Below are positions 32,731 through 48,676 of a stretch of DNA of 64,000 nucleotides, piece by piece. Below the pieces are notes generated by a model, which saw only the letters and a list, made by a program, of their open reading frames with translations, was not told the origin of the DNA and searched no databases. The DNA comes from the human T2T-CHM13v2.0 reference genome, Homo sapiens, in the NCBI RefSeq assembly GCF_009914755.1, contig NC_060930.1; one strand, written 5' to 3'. Numbering within the stretch: position 1 is the stretch's first letter; every line of letters starts with the position of its first letter. A program made the position numbers and the translations under genes.

Positions 32731-32776
32731 TTTAAAAGTAGTGGCAAAAATCACAATTACTTTTGTACCAACCTAA
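32731..32776 (-). mobile_element. Half MADE1 (Hsmar1 TIR)
   Basis: aaaagtagtggcaaaaatcacaattacttttgtaccaacctaa followed by TA. Confidence 0.85.
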
Positions 32777-34164
32777 TATTAACATTTCTCTGACATGTTT
32801 TTTTTAAATGCTGTGCCAAAGAACAAGTATAGAGATAAAGTAACATAAAACCCAATTTTTGTTTCTGAAAATTTATTTTAACCAACACATAAAAGATGAA
32901 AAAAATGGGCTTTCTAATTTTCAATTTACACATAGTTAACTTTCATCCACATTACAACAATAAGCAGGGCAGCATGTATTACTTTCCTGAAAGTAAATAA
33001 ATTATTATGTGAAAATTCTGAACTTTTTCAAAAAATTTTCCACAGAATTTAAAACTCAGCCTGCTTCAATTTCAAGTGTTCCTGCTATACACTTCAGATG
33101 AGCTCTTTAGTGTCTACAGAGTTAGTGCTTGAAAATGTCCAACCCAAGAACAAAAATTAAAACACCTTCAAAGAGATTGGCTTTATAAATGCTTTCAGTG
33201 AGAAAATAGAAATTTAATCAAAACAGCCTTTATCTAATAAGCATCTTCTGTTTCATTTACTGTGGGTAATCAGGGTGAGTGTGACTTTTCTGACAGCTGG
33301 GTTCTCCATCGTAGGTTTTGTAGTTCAGTTCTTCTGTTACTGTGATCCCATTAGAATTCACTTCATTGAAAATATATAATTAATACTTAACACAGCTTTT
33401 CTAGACAATCTACAAGTCTATAAACTGTCTACATCCTCAAACATGGGTGAAAATGGTCTACCATATTGTACTGAGGGACTCTGGTGAAACTGAAACCTTT
33501 TCTTCAATCATGTGAGATACAATTAAATTGCAATCTGTATCAGATTATTGCCATCCACAGAGCATAGCACTTTGAATACTCTAAGATGTAAGATCTACAA
33601 GGGTGTTCCACAAATGTTAAGTTAAATATAGAATTTAATCGAATTCCTAATATTCATAAGGAATTCTCAAACAGAAAACAATATTCTAGACCGTTAATGT
33701 GACCAGCTGAGAATTTTCTAAAATGAGGTGCAAGTACAACATATCCCAGTGCTTCTTTATTCACCAGTAAACTACAAGGTTATAGATTGGTCAATCTGAT
33801 AAATCCACGGATGGTTTTGTGGTTCTATGATCAGTGTGCAAGGATTTTTATAGCTCAGTAAAACACAAGACAGTTTTACAGCCCAAGACTAAACTTGTAA
33901 TAAAGGGAAAAAGAAAAGAAAAGCATACACATATTAAATAAAAGCATTCAAATGTCACAGAAAAATGTGTTTACATATTAAAATCACACACATCAAATAT
34001 CCAAACCACTGCAAAATACAGAAAGTGAGAATTTTTTCTAAAGTGTGAAACACACATAGCTGATATTCATTATAATGACTTTAAAGGTTTGCTTGATCCT
34101 AAATGCCTAGAGGAGATAAAACATAAGTTAAATCCTGTATAATATGATTATAATGGTTTTTGCT

Positions 34165-34482
<318 letters not shown>

Positions 34483-36136
34483 TATAATGCTAATTGTATT
34501 TTATTATATGCTAATTTCTTCAAAACTTAAAATTATATCTTATAATATTTAATAGGAAAATTCAGTTAAACATTATATCTTATTTTTAACATTTAGGAGT
34601 AATAAGAGTTACTTCATTAAGAAATTTGACAGAGGTAGTCTAAAGATGCCTTTCCAAAGGAAAAAGAAGAAGAAAAAGGAGAGGGAAAAGGAGGTGGAAG
34701 AGCAGGAGGAGGAGAAGCCATGGCAAGGACAACCTGCTACTTCATGTTTTTTTCAAAAGGCCCATGGTCTTTTAAGGTGACAATTTTAGCCTCTATGTCC
34801 ACTAATTTTCAAATACTTGTGCAAATTTGAAAATTATATTGAAGTGCTCATTTATTTTGGGCATGTTTGCTTTTTTCATCAATTTGCTATATGAAATGCA
34901 AGACCAGGTAAAATATTATGTGTTTATATTTGTATTTTTATGTTTTCAAAGAATAATTATCTGGAAGATGACACTTTTATATACCATTATTTTAATTAGT
35001 ATTTTTTTAAAAACAAAAAAAGTTTAAGAATTTGTACACCAGCTATCCAGCTATTCAAGTAAAAAAGCAGCTTCACGTTGAAATTTGTTTCAGTATCACT
35101 TAAGATAAACTTGAAATGAGATAGCATTCTGTTTGCATATGTTATTTGAATTATGAAATTTTTTATCTTAACTATCTAATAAAAGTAAGTGATTTTGATC
35201 AGAGAATGCAACCAGCAAAGCTATCATATTAAATGATAGAAGTTCCCAGAATTCCTTTGAATAAATGTCCATTATTCTTTGGATTATTAATAACTCTATA
35301 CTACTGAAAAATAATGTCCCAGAATGCTTTGTGTTCTCTCTAGAGATAAACTGATTACTCAGAACACTGAAGACATCTATTTTACTGAATAGAAATGAAT
35401 CACCTAAAGGAACCAAGAACTCACTGCTTGGAAGAAGTATTGTTCATACATATTTATTCCTGTTAGAAAATTCAACATCCTTGCCTTATAAAATCACCAT
35501 CATGTTAGACCAAATCAGAGGGGACCGCTTTTTTATGATACTGTTTTTGCTTTCTTATTTATACTTTATGTAATTCACACTTTTACTTTAATTCCACTTC
35601 AGAAGATATTATAAATTAGGTTGTCAAAAACAGTTCAAATCAGAAAATTTTGATATTATATTTACAATGAAGCTGATACACTTAAATTTGTCCTACAAAG
35701 ATCCATTAGACAAAACATATACCATACGGCACACCACAGGAGTTGTATCCTAAATCTTCCTTCTATTTTTCCTCACTGAATATAATATTAACATTCTCTT
35801 GAGCCCCTTAAGCTTGAATCACTTTGTAATTGGATGAGGGGGGCAGAATTTGATATTTCTAAAAATAGCTTGACACATATATATTTTGAAAAAAGGTAAT
35901 TTTCAACAAAATGAGTTAAATAAAATAACTTTGGAATTTTCAGGCTCTCATCCTGGATTGAGTTTAATTTCATAATCTAAACTTCTAAACACTTGTCAGT
36001 GTCTCTCAACTGGCTGCATCCTCTCTGGAATAAAAGGGAACAATGCCAATTTTAACTCATATTTTGGTAACAAATATCTTCCAATTTTGTAGTTGATTGG
36101 TTCACAAAACAAAACAATGATCTCACAAGAAGGCTG

Positions 36137-36308
36137 TGTTTGTTTGTTTGTTTGTTTGTTTGTTTTTTGTTACAGAGTCTCTCTCTGTTGCCCAGACTGG
36201 AGTGCAGGGGCTTGATCTTGGCTCATTGCAAACTTCACCTCAAATGATCTGCCCACCTCAGCCTCCCAAAGTGTGAGGATTACAGGTATGAGCCACCGTG
36301 CCTGGCCA
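36137..36308 (-). mobile_element. Internally deleted Alu
   Basis: Right-arm end joined directly to left-arm start near 36235-36240; (GTTT)n tail. Confidence 0.85.
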
Positions 36309-38123
36309 CAATAAAGACTTTGTTTCATTTCTGTTTCATATTTCTAGATTATAAACATATTTACATAAATTTCTATAAAAGAGCATGGAGACTGTGATTC
36401 TTTTATTCTCTATTTTTTTCAAGTTATATACTACTATACTTCATGGTGCTCTTCATTGAATTATTTTCCATCTCAAAGTTTTTTTTAATTTCCATATAGA
36501 ACAGTTAATATAATTTTTTACAACAGCCATGAAATGCAATGCTAATTCTCAATCACAATTTTCATTGTATTTAAGTCTTGGTTTTAAAAAGTCAATTAAA
36601 TCAAACTATATACATGACTGAAAATGAATCTATCCACACTACTGGAAAAAATGTAAAATATAGTTCCACCTAATGCCATCTTTGAATATAATTATCAACA
36701 TTATCTAAACTGACGACATAATGTTGAGATATGATTAATGGAATCAGTAGGATATTTTTCTAAAATATTTTTAGTATTATAATCTGAATTTATCAGCTTT
36801 CCTTTTTGTTGCTTACATTTCACAATGGCAGAATGGTAAGAAAAAGCAGCAAACTTCTCAATATCTCAAAGTTTTTATACTTAAGATTGAGTCAAATCAT
36901 ATTTAAAGTTGTTTTTATGGTCTCAGACAGACTTACTTGGATTTCAGTTTTGCTTTAGTTGCATGATCTCAAACACATTAGTTAATTCATTTCCTTATCA
37001 ATAAAATAAAGTTTGTAAGTGTGTGTGTGTTTGTGTGTATGTTGTGGTAATGGTGATGGTGGTGGTGGCTCACAGTTTAAGTAAGAATGGAACTACAATA
37101 AGGTAGTCTCTGCTGGCTTAATTGGGATGTGAATGTCATCAGAAGAAACATACCTCACCTCTCATTCAATGTTCCTCAACTCTTCACCTCCCTGAAGTAA
37201 AAGAAGAAGGAGGAGGATACATAGGATTTTACAGAGCCTATTCTTCAGCTGGTCCATGGACTAGGTAAACTCTTGTGATTAAATAACAGAGGATGGGCAG
37301 CTGATATACTAACTGATGCAATTGGTAAGATTGTGGACACAGACATAGGTGCTTTTAAGACAAGAAAACAAAGTGTGGCAAATAATTGAGGAGAAGTCTA
37401 TTCTCCTAATTCTTCAGTAATAATGACTGAAGTCTTCCAAGACTAGAAGTCTTGAAAGATATCATTCAGAGTCAGGTTACTTAATATTGACATTGGAGGT
37501 CCCAATACAGGCAGTGGCCAATTGGCTTCTCAGGCAGTGTAGGTAGACAAATGAGAAACAGAAAAGGATAAGAAAAGTAATACCCTTAATAACTGTAGCT
37601 GACTGGATGAATTATAAGAATATCTGTAGTCTCATTTAAGTACTTTTGAAAATAACAAGAAATGCACTGAGAGAGGTTAACATTCAGCCTCCTAGAGAGA
37701 TGGAGTTTCAGTCCATGGAACCCTAATTTGGATATAAGAAATTTTACTGTTTTTTATAGACATCAGTTGGTAAAGACTAAGCCATAATATTATTTGTGAC
37801 TGACTCTTATTGTTCTTTTTTCACAATTATCCTGTAAATAATTATCATATCTTCTCCCCTTTATATCCTGAAATACAAAAGGAATTGAGACTTTGACAAG
37901 TTATATGGACCAATATTTTGTCTCCAGACTAAACCATACTTTAAAACTGACACGTGTATTATTCCCAACTAAGAGGTAGAAACTTTGCAATGATTGCTAA
38001 GATATTGATGTTGTCTTATAACAGCTGGATAAAGAAAAAGCAGTCACACTGTTTCACAATGTTGTCATCTTTCTTACTATGAGTTATGAATTTTGTAATC
38101 ACTCATCTTTCATGGAAGAAATG

Positions 38124-38499
38124 TGATATGGTTTGGCTGTGTCCCCACCCAAATCTCATCTTGATTATAGTTTCCATAATCCCCATGTATCATGGGAGGG
38201 ACCCAGTGAAGGTGTTTCATCATGAGGACAGTTACCCTCATGCTATTCTCATGATAGTGAGTGAGTTCTCACAAGATCTGATGGTTTTATAAGGGGCCTT
38301 CCCCTGCCCCTTTACTCTGCACTTCTCCTTGCTGCCGTCATGTGCAGAAGTACGTGTTTGCTTCCCCTTCTGCCATGATTGTAAGTTTCCTGAGGCCTCC
38401 CAAGCCATACAGAACTGTGAATCAATTAAACCTCTTTTCTTTATAAATTACTCAGTCTTGGGCATGTCTTCATTAGCAGTGTGAGAACGAGCTAATACA
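38124..38499 (+). mobile_element. THE1 (C/D-like) solo LTR
   Basis: tgatatggtttggctgtgtcccc...gctaataca; TSD aaatg on both sides. Confidence 0.92.
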
Positions 38500-39244
38500 A
38501 AATGTCAACGTATTTTTGTTAATCACACAGTGTTCAAAACTTAATAAGGAGTTTTATTACAGTGCAGAATGTGACAATTCCAAATTTTCAAAGCCATATT
38601 AAATCTTCACCTAAAAAAATTTCCAAAAAGCCTAGCACACTCAGAAATACATATAAAGAAATGAACATTGTCACCATTACATCATCAAGAAATTCTGAAC
38701 AATTTAGCAAGAAACTCTGGCACCTACCAAGGGTTTATCTAATCTCTAACATTTTTTTCCACACAGACATAAGTGCAAATCCATTGCTATTTTAATTATT
38801 TAATTCATTATACTTAAGGCTTTCCTCCCTTACTAACAACTGGAGTTCTCTGATCTCATGCAAATATGAAATGGGAATACATCATGAGGGCTTCTTGGGG
38901 ATACAAATGACATATGTAACTTTTTCAGGACACAGGCACTCATATAATAAGAATAAATTTCAAAAGTGGCACTCCTGTCTCATGGTAATTGCTATTCCTC
39001 TCAATTTCCCATCATCTACATCCTGTAATTCTTAATATTTATGAAATATGAGCCCCTGTCATTCTATTAAAGCTGGCTTTTTTCCCATTTTCTTAACACA
39101 GGAATACATATGCCAAACGCTGAAAAGTAATTTCAGTGTCACTGATGCTTTATTTTTTCTTGATGTATTCAGGAATCTCACTATGACATCTTATTGTATT
39201 CATGCAGTCTATCCATGAGACAGTGTTATAATGAGGTTACACTG

Positions 39245-39606
39245 TGCAATGGACTAAATACTGGTGTCCCCCTGAAGTTCCTATGATTATATCCTAATCC
39301 CCAATATGATGGTTATGGAGGTAGGGCCTTGGCAGGTGATTAGGTTATGAGGGAGGAGACCTCATGGATAAGGTTAGTGCCAGCCCTTATGAAAGAGACC
39401 CTAGAGAAGTCCCTTGCCCCTCCTGCCATGCAAGGTTACAATGGAAGTCAGGTGTCAATGAGGAAGCAGACATTCCCCAGTCAACCAATCTTCTAGTGCC
39501 TTCATCTTCACCTTTCCACTGTCTGTAACTATGAGAAATAAATTTTTATTGTTTATGAGTCACCCAGTCTGTTATTTTATTATAGCAGTCCTAATTGAAT
39601 TAGACA
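39245..39606 (+). mobile_element. MLT1A-like solo LTR
   Basis: TG...CA ends, ggtgattaggttatgaggg and gagaaataaattt motifs; TSD cactg on both sides. Confidence 0.85.
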
Positions 39607-39849
39607 CACTGTCTCCACCATTGATCTTTGAGTGCTTGAAAAACAAAAAATTGTTCAAAATAAATTTGTGACTTTCTAAATTTTACTAAGGAAAAAAATG
39701 AACCATTATGTAGGGCCACATTGTAACGTGTTTTTTACAAAAATCCCATTACATAACATCAAAATGTAAGGAATAACTATCTGTCTTCAAAATGCTACGT
39801 AATAATAATAAACACAACTGGTAAATTAAGAATCCAGGACTTGAACTAA

Positions 39850-40200
39850 GATCTGTCTTAGTGCCCTGCCAAATTTCACCCCAGAAACAGGATAGTTAAT
39901 GCCACAGGGGCAACCTTCAACCAATGGGTGTAAGGGATGGTGGAAAAATGTCTCCCAATTTTTCTGGATGGGTAATTCTGGTAAGCCTCCTGCCCATTTC
40001 TCAGGATATTCCAGTGGAATCAAACCCACATTCCTCAGTAAAGTAGCCCTGGAAATATACCATAAAATTGTTTTTTCCTTCTGCCTTATCTCATTTTCCC
40101 CAGCTCTCACTCTTGCTTCCTTGGACCACCTCCACAATAAGCCACCTGCACCCAAGTCCTCATTCTCAGGCTCTGTTTTGGGGGAAACGTAAACTGATAC
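39850..40200 (+). mobile_element. LTR16-like (ERV-L) LTR relic
   Basis: ggggcaaccttcaaccaatggg...cacctccacaataagccacctgcacccaagtcctcattctcaggctctg. Confidence 0.65.
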
Positions 40201-41523
40201 GGTCATGTGTGCATCACCATAGCCTGCTACTTCCTCTAAAGACTGACCCCAACAGGACTGTGTTGATTGAATTTTGCATACTTCTGAAAGTTATATGTTG
40301 CAAAAACCCAAGATGTTATACAGGCAAAGGAAAGAGTGCTGGCAGAGTGAATAGCTTTTGAATATCTAAATATTTCTTGATCAGTTCATCACAACTTGGC
40401 CCCAGTTTCCTCATCTAGAATGATATGACAACATGGTCTATAAATTACTTCTTTCCCAGAACCTAAATTCAGTTACCTTAAAGTCTCATGAGTAAGAAAG
40501 AGATGTTTGATTAAGCAATCTGTACAACCTAAATTAGCCCAAACTGGAATGCTGAAATGATAAAGCTAGTTCTTCTTTATGGTTAGCCAATGATCCATGG
40601 TCTAAGTGATATGACATGAGAACGTTTTGCTAATTACTGAACACTATTTTGAGAGGTTTTTTTTGGCAACCACTGTATAATTCAGAGGATTCTATTCCTA
40701 CTGACATTACCTAAGATAATTGCTCTCCACAGCTATAAAAAAAGAGAAATGCTGAAATGAGATGATATACCTAAAGGTAAGCATGAGAAAATCTAAATTT
40801 AGCAGGATATTATTTTTCCTATACAGGAAATTTTTGCTGATTATTGAGATGGCAAAAGAAATTTTAAAAGGAAATATTCTTTCTGTAACCTGTGCATTTT
40901 AAGCACTCTTACCATTGAGAGCCTTAAACCAGTCCAAATTTGGAAGAAAGAGGAAGTGGGTGAAGGAATCATTAATCTCATTGTTTCCTAGGTTTTCTCT
41001 AGTGTGTCATAAGTGAATAGAACTTTCTATCTGATTGGAATAAGTCCTGTTCCCACAAGGCAAGATGACGATAAACTAGACAAATTATAATGGTCTCTTT
41101 CATCACACTGCTTCTAAAATAAACTATAAAAATATTTTGAATTATTAAAATATTATACATAAATGGTATTTTGTATTTTAAAATGTGGTCCTTTCATAAT
41201 ATTATTTACCTATAGCATATTTATGATGTTCCCATTATAAATTAAATTTCTGAAATTTACATCTCTACTCCCAATCGCTTTCCTCTGTTCCATATTTATA
41301 GACCCAATTTCATGCCAAACATCTTTACTTAGGAACTTCAACTTTGCAAATGTCCCCCACTCCAATATGTTCCAAAGGACTAATCATCATTGATCTTCAA
41401 AACTTTCCCTCTTTTCTTCTCACAATTTTCTTTCTTCTAACAATTCCTCTCCTGGAAAATTACACCCACCTTGAAATTTTTTAGAAACTTCTGAATAATC
41501 CCTACATCCCTCCTCTCATTATC

Positions 41524-43959
41524 TATCTTAGTCTGCTCAGGCTGCTATAACAAAATAACACATATTGGATGGCTTAAAAAGCAGACATTTATTTCTCACA
41601 GTTCCTGAGGCTAAAAAGTCCAAGGTCAAAGTGCCAATCAATATAGTTTCTGTTGATGACTCTCTTCCAGTCTTGCAGATGGTCCCCTTCTCATTGTGTC
41701 CTCACATAGTGAAGGGGGACAGGGAGTGAATTCTGGTCTCTTTTCTCCCCTTATAAGGATATTAAGTCCATCGTGGGGGCCCTCTCACATGATCTCATCT
41801 AAATTTAATCATCCCCCAAAGGCCCTTCTTCCAAACACTATAAATACTAAATATTTGGGAGTTAGGGCTTCAACATATGATTTTGTAAGGACACAAATGT
41901 TCACTGTATAACATTATAACCCTGATTTCTTAAATGTACAATCTTCTTGCATACAAAATATATCATTCCATCTCAAAAGCCCCAAAAGTCTTAACTTGCT
42001 TCAGCATCAACTCTAAAGTTCAAAGTTGTTTATAAATATCATCCAAATCAGATATAAGACATGAGGTACAATTTATCCTGAGGCTAAAATCCTCTATGGC
42101 TGTGAACCTGTGATGCAAGACAAATTACGTCCTTCCAAAATACAGTGGTAGGACAGGCATAAACTAGACATTCTTATTCCTAAAAAAAAAAAAAAAAAAA
42201 AAAAAAAGGAAATCAGAAGGAAGAAAGGGGAGATGGGTGCCAAGCAAGCAGCACCAAAACTAGCAAGGTAAATACTATTAGATCTTAAGGCTCAAGAATA
42301 ATTCTCTTTGGTTCTCGGGCTTTTGTCCCACCTCTGTGGCTCTGCAAGGCTCCAGGCAACTGCTTTCTGGCCTGTTGAAACCCAGGTGGTCTCTTACCTT
42401 CCACTCACTACTTTGAAACTGAGGAGGCTACTCCATTGATCTTTGAATTGCCTTTGGAGTCTTTCTTTCCTGTTTGAAGAATAGTGAGTGTTCACAGCCA
42501 AATAGCTCTATGATCTGGTCCTGTAGAGTCTAAAAGAATCAACATCCTTCCTTCATCTTGTTCCATCTCTGTTTTCTCCTGTTCAGCATGGCAGTGTTTC
42601 TGCTGTGGTGGCTGATTAAGTCCACAGTTCACACTCAGCCCAATGTTATTATCAAACTGTTGTTTGCTATATGGATAGGCTGATAATTTTCCAAGTCTTA
42701 AAGTTCGGGTTTCTTTGTGCTTAATAGTTCCTTCTTCACTTTCTTTCTCTCTTCTCATCTTTTACTATAGGAAGTCAGGAAGAACCAAGCCATTTCTTCA
42801 ATATTTGGCTTAGAAATTTTAGCTAAATATACAGTTTCACCATTCACAAATTCTACCTTCCACAAAACATTAGAACACAGTTCAGCCAAATTATTTCTCA
42901 CTTTATAACAATAATGTGCACCCATTTACATCTAAGACCTCACCAGAGTAATCTTTGCCAGCATTTCTACCAACATCCTGTTTATAATTATATATGTATT
43001 CTCTAAGAATAGACGCTCTATCTACAGATGTTCTCTTTTGTTTCCGAGCCCTCATCAGAATCTCTTCACAATCCTTAATAATCCTTTCATAACAATCTCA
43101 GCTTTTCTAGCACACACCTTAAAACTCTTTCAGCCTCTGCCCATTACCCAGTTCCAAAGCCACTACAACATTTTTAAGTATTTGTTACAGTAGCACCCCA
43201 CTTCTCAGTACCAAAATGTGTATTAGTCATGATTCTCCAGAGAAACAGAGCCAATAGGATGTGGGGAGAGAGAGACAGAGAGAGGGATTTATCATAAGGA
43301 ATTGGCTTATGCAATCATGGAGGCTGAGAAGTCTAAACCCGAGAAAGGCAATAGTATAGTTCCAGTCCAAAATAGAATTACTAAAAAGCCTATTTGATAG
43401 CACAACAGAATGACTAAAGTCAATACTAACTTAGTTGTACATTTTTAAAAAAAACTAAAAGGGTATAACTAGATTGTTTGTAACACAAAAGATAAATGCT
43501 TGAGGGAATGGATACCCCATTCTCCATGATGTGATTATTATGCATTGCGTGCCTGTATCAAAACATTCCTTTAACCCCATAAATATATATACATTCTATG
43601 TACCCACAAAAAATTAAGAATTCTAGTAAGTTAAAAAGACAAGTGCAAAAAATAAAGAATGACTGAAAAGCAAGAAAACCAATGGTGTAAGTCTGGTCCA
43701 AGTCCAAATCCAAAAATAGGAGAGAACCGTGTCCTAACTTAAAGATAGTCAGACCGAGAGAAAAAATTCTTTCCTACTCACTGTTTTATTCTATTCAGGC
43801 TTCAACTGAGTGGATAAGGCTGACCCAAATTGGGAAGGGCAATGTGCTTTACTTTACCAATTTAAATATTAATCTCATCCAGAAACATCCACACAAAGAT
43901 ATCCAGAAAGTTTAGCTAAATATCTAGGTATGCCATAATACACAAAATTAACTATCACG
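41524..43959 (-). mobile_element. Chimeric LTR element: MLT1A-type 3' LTR (41524-41913), MLT1-int (41914-43218), MLT2B-type 5' LTR (43219-43959)
   Basis: The two LTRs do not align to each other; the whole unit is flanked by ttatc at 41519-41523 and 43960-43964; internal termini resemble the THE1-int termini elsewhere in the window. Confidence 0.75.
43390..43655 (+). mobile_element. L1MA2-like 3' fragment nested in the MLT2B LTR
   Basis: Homologous to 170-345; degenerate TSD agaattactaaaaagc/agaatgactgaaaagc. Confidence 0.8.
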
Positions 43960-44988
43960 TTATCCATCGAAAATATAAGCATCAAGTTCAAATTTTCATC
44001 ATTTATTGCCTAGAAAAATGTAATACTCAAACTAGCCTTTTCTCTGTCTAGTTCATAGTTTCCAGAAATATGTGCCTAACATAAAAATTTATTTCTAGCA
44101 CCTTAGGATATGCCATCTGTATACTTTTATCAATGTAATGTATCAACCTTCTTCACTCTTTCTCTTTGGTTAACTAAATTATTTGCATTTCCTCAACTCT
44201 ACCATATATTCTCTTATCCCTTTTGCGTTTGCAAGTGACCTACGCAAAATTCAAGTCTTATTCCTTCATCTAAGTCAACCGTAAAATTATTTTAAGCTCT
44301 GTCTGTACAGAAACAGTGAAATAGAAATATCACTCAACACAGAAAATTATGAAAAGAAAAATAATCCACATGCACTCTATATTTGTTATGCTCTGGCAGG
44401 TAAACTCTGTAGGCATATCCAAGGTGACACCAGCCTGAAGGCAGAGGAACAAGCAGCTTCCATTATCATATATTCCACCAGATAGCAGAGGATACTTTGA
44501 AGTTTTTCCTTCAGGTTTCTGACCATTTGGATTAAGGTATAGTCGTTTTAATAACTCGCAGTAGATGAAATAAAGTTTTGGACTTGATCAACACTGAAGT
44601 GATGGTCACTGAGAAAATGAGAATTAGAGGTATATAAAATCATGTATCTTTTAACATGCACCCTCTGAAATGGGGGTACTCAGAAAGGGTGTTGCACTAG
44701 GGAGGAGGAAGCCATTAGATGCTCTATGTGAGAGAGGATGCGGAAAGAGGTGAAATGGTAGATCTGACCTCCTCACAGGTTCCCACAGGAACAAGCATGC
44801 GTACCTCTTACTTCTCAGTATGCTGCAGAGAAACAAATAGGAGATTATGTTGTGCAGACTTCAACAAAGGACAGTAAGATGCCCCCTCATGTTTATGTTA
44901 AGCAGCTATGTGAGTTGTATCAAGGGAACAAAAAATATACAGTATGTGTTTCAGTCAAAATAAATTAATTCTTTATTAAGAATGGTAG

Positions 44989-45617
44989 CAAATACATTCT
45001 CCATCTCTGTATGCTTATTGATCTCATCCTCGTACTTATTCTTGAAGTTCTCCACCAGCCCCTGCATGTTGCCAAGCTCCACCTCCAGCTTCAGCTTCTC
45101 CTAGCCCAGAGTCTCCAGCTGCCATCGAAGGTTATTGATGTAGCTCTCCAACATGTTGTCCATGTTGCTCCAAGCCATCTCCTGCTGCTGCAGGAGGCTC
45201 CACTTGGTCTTCAGCATCTTGTTCCGCTCCTTCAGGAACTGTACCTTGTCGATGAAGGAGGCAAACTTGCTGAGAGTCTTAATCTGCTTCTTCTCCTGGG
45301 TGCACACGGCCTGGATGTTTGGGTCCACCTCCAGGTTAAGGGGGTTCAGCAGGCTCTGGTTGACCATGGCCCTGGTTATACTGCTGGCCCCACCATAGCC
45401 TCTGCCTAGGGTACCCTGGAATCTGCTGCTGCCTACTCGGGAGAAGCTCAAGGAGCCAATGTGAGCCCCAGGCCCCCTGGCATAAGAGCACCTACTGAAG
45501 GTCCCGGGGATAGAGGTGGACGCCTTGTAGGACTTCTGGGTCAACCTGATGGACATGGTGGAGGCAGGTGGGCTGAACCAGGTGGAGATTCCAGAAGGAG
45601 CAGGGAAGCTGCTTCTC
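44989..45617 (-). pseudogene. Keratin 8 (KRT8) processed pseudogene, 5' portion only
   Basis: [11 protein letters not shown]...[37 protein letters not shown] matches KRT8 head and coil 1; intronless; 5'UTR present; premature TAG at 45101-45103; homology stops near EINK.TEMEN.F. Confidence 0.93.
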
Positions 45618-45637
45618 AGGACTTTTATTCCTTATTT

Positions 45638-48181
<2,544 letters not shown>

Positions 48182-48287
48182 AGTTCATGTATTTTAAATG
48201 AATAAGTCTAACTATCAAGTCACTACAGATTTTGCATTTTCTTATATGTAGCAGTTTAATTTTTAAATATCAGCATTTATAAAATAC

Positions 48288-48676
<389 letters not shown>

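Noticed and set aside
26265-32778. 6.5-kb composite mariner transposon bounded by the two TIRs
   Set aside because: Old L1 sequence continues on both sides of the left TIR, the left end lacks a TA, and there is no transposase
45011-45409. 132-aa Leu/Gln-rich ORF
   Set aside because: Antisense shadow of the KRT8 coiled-coil codons
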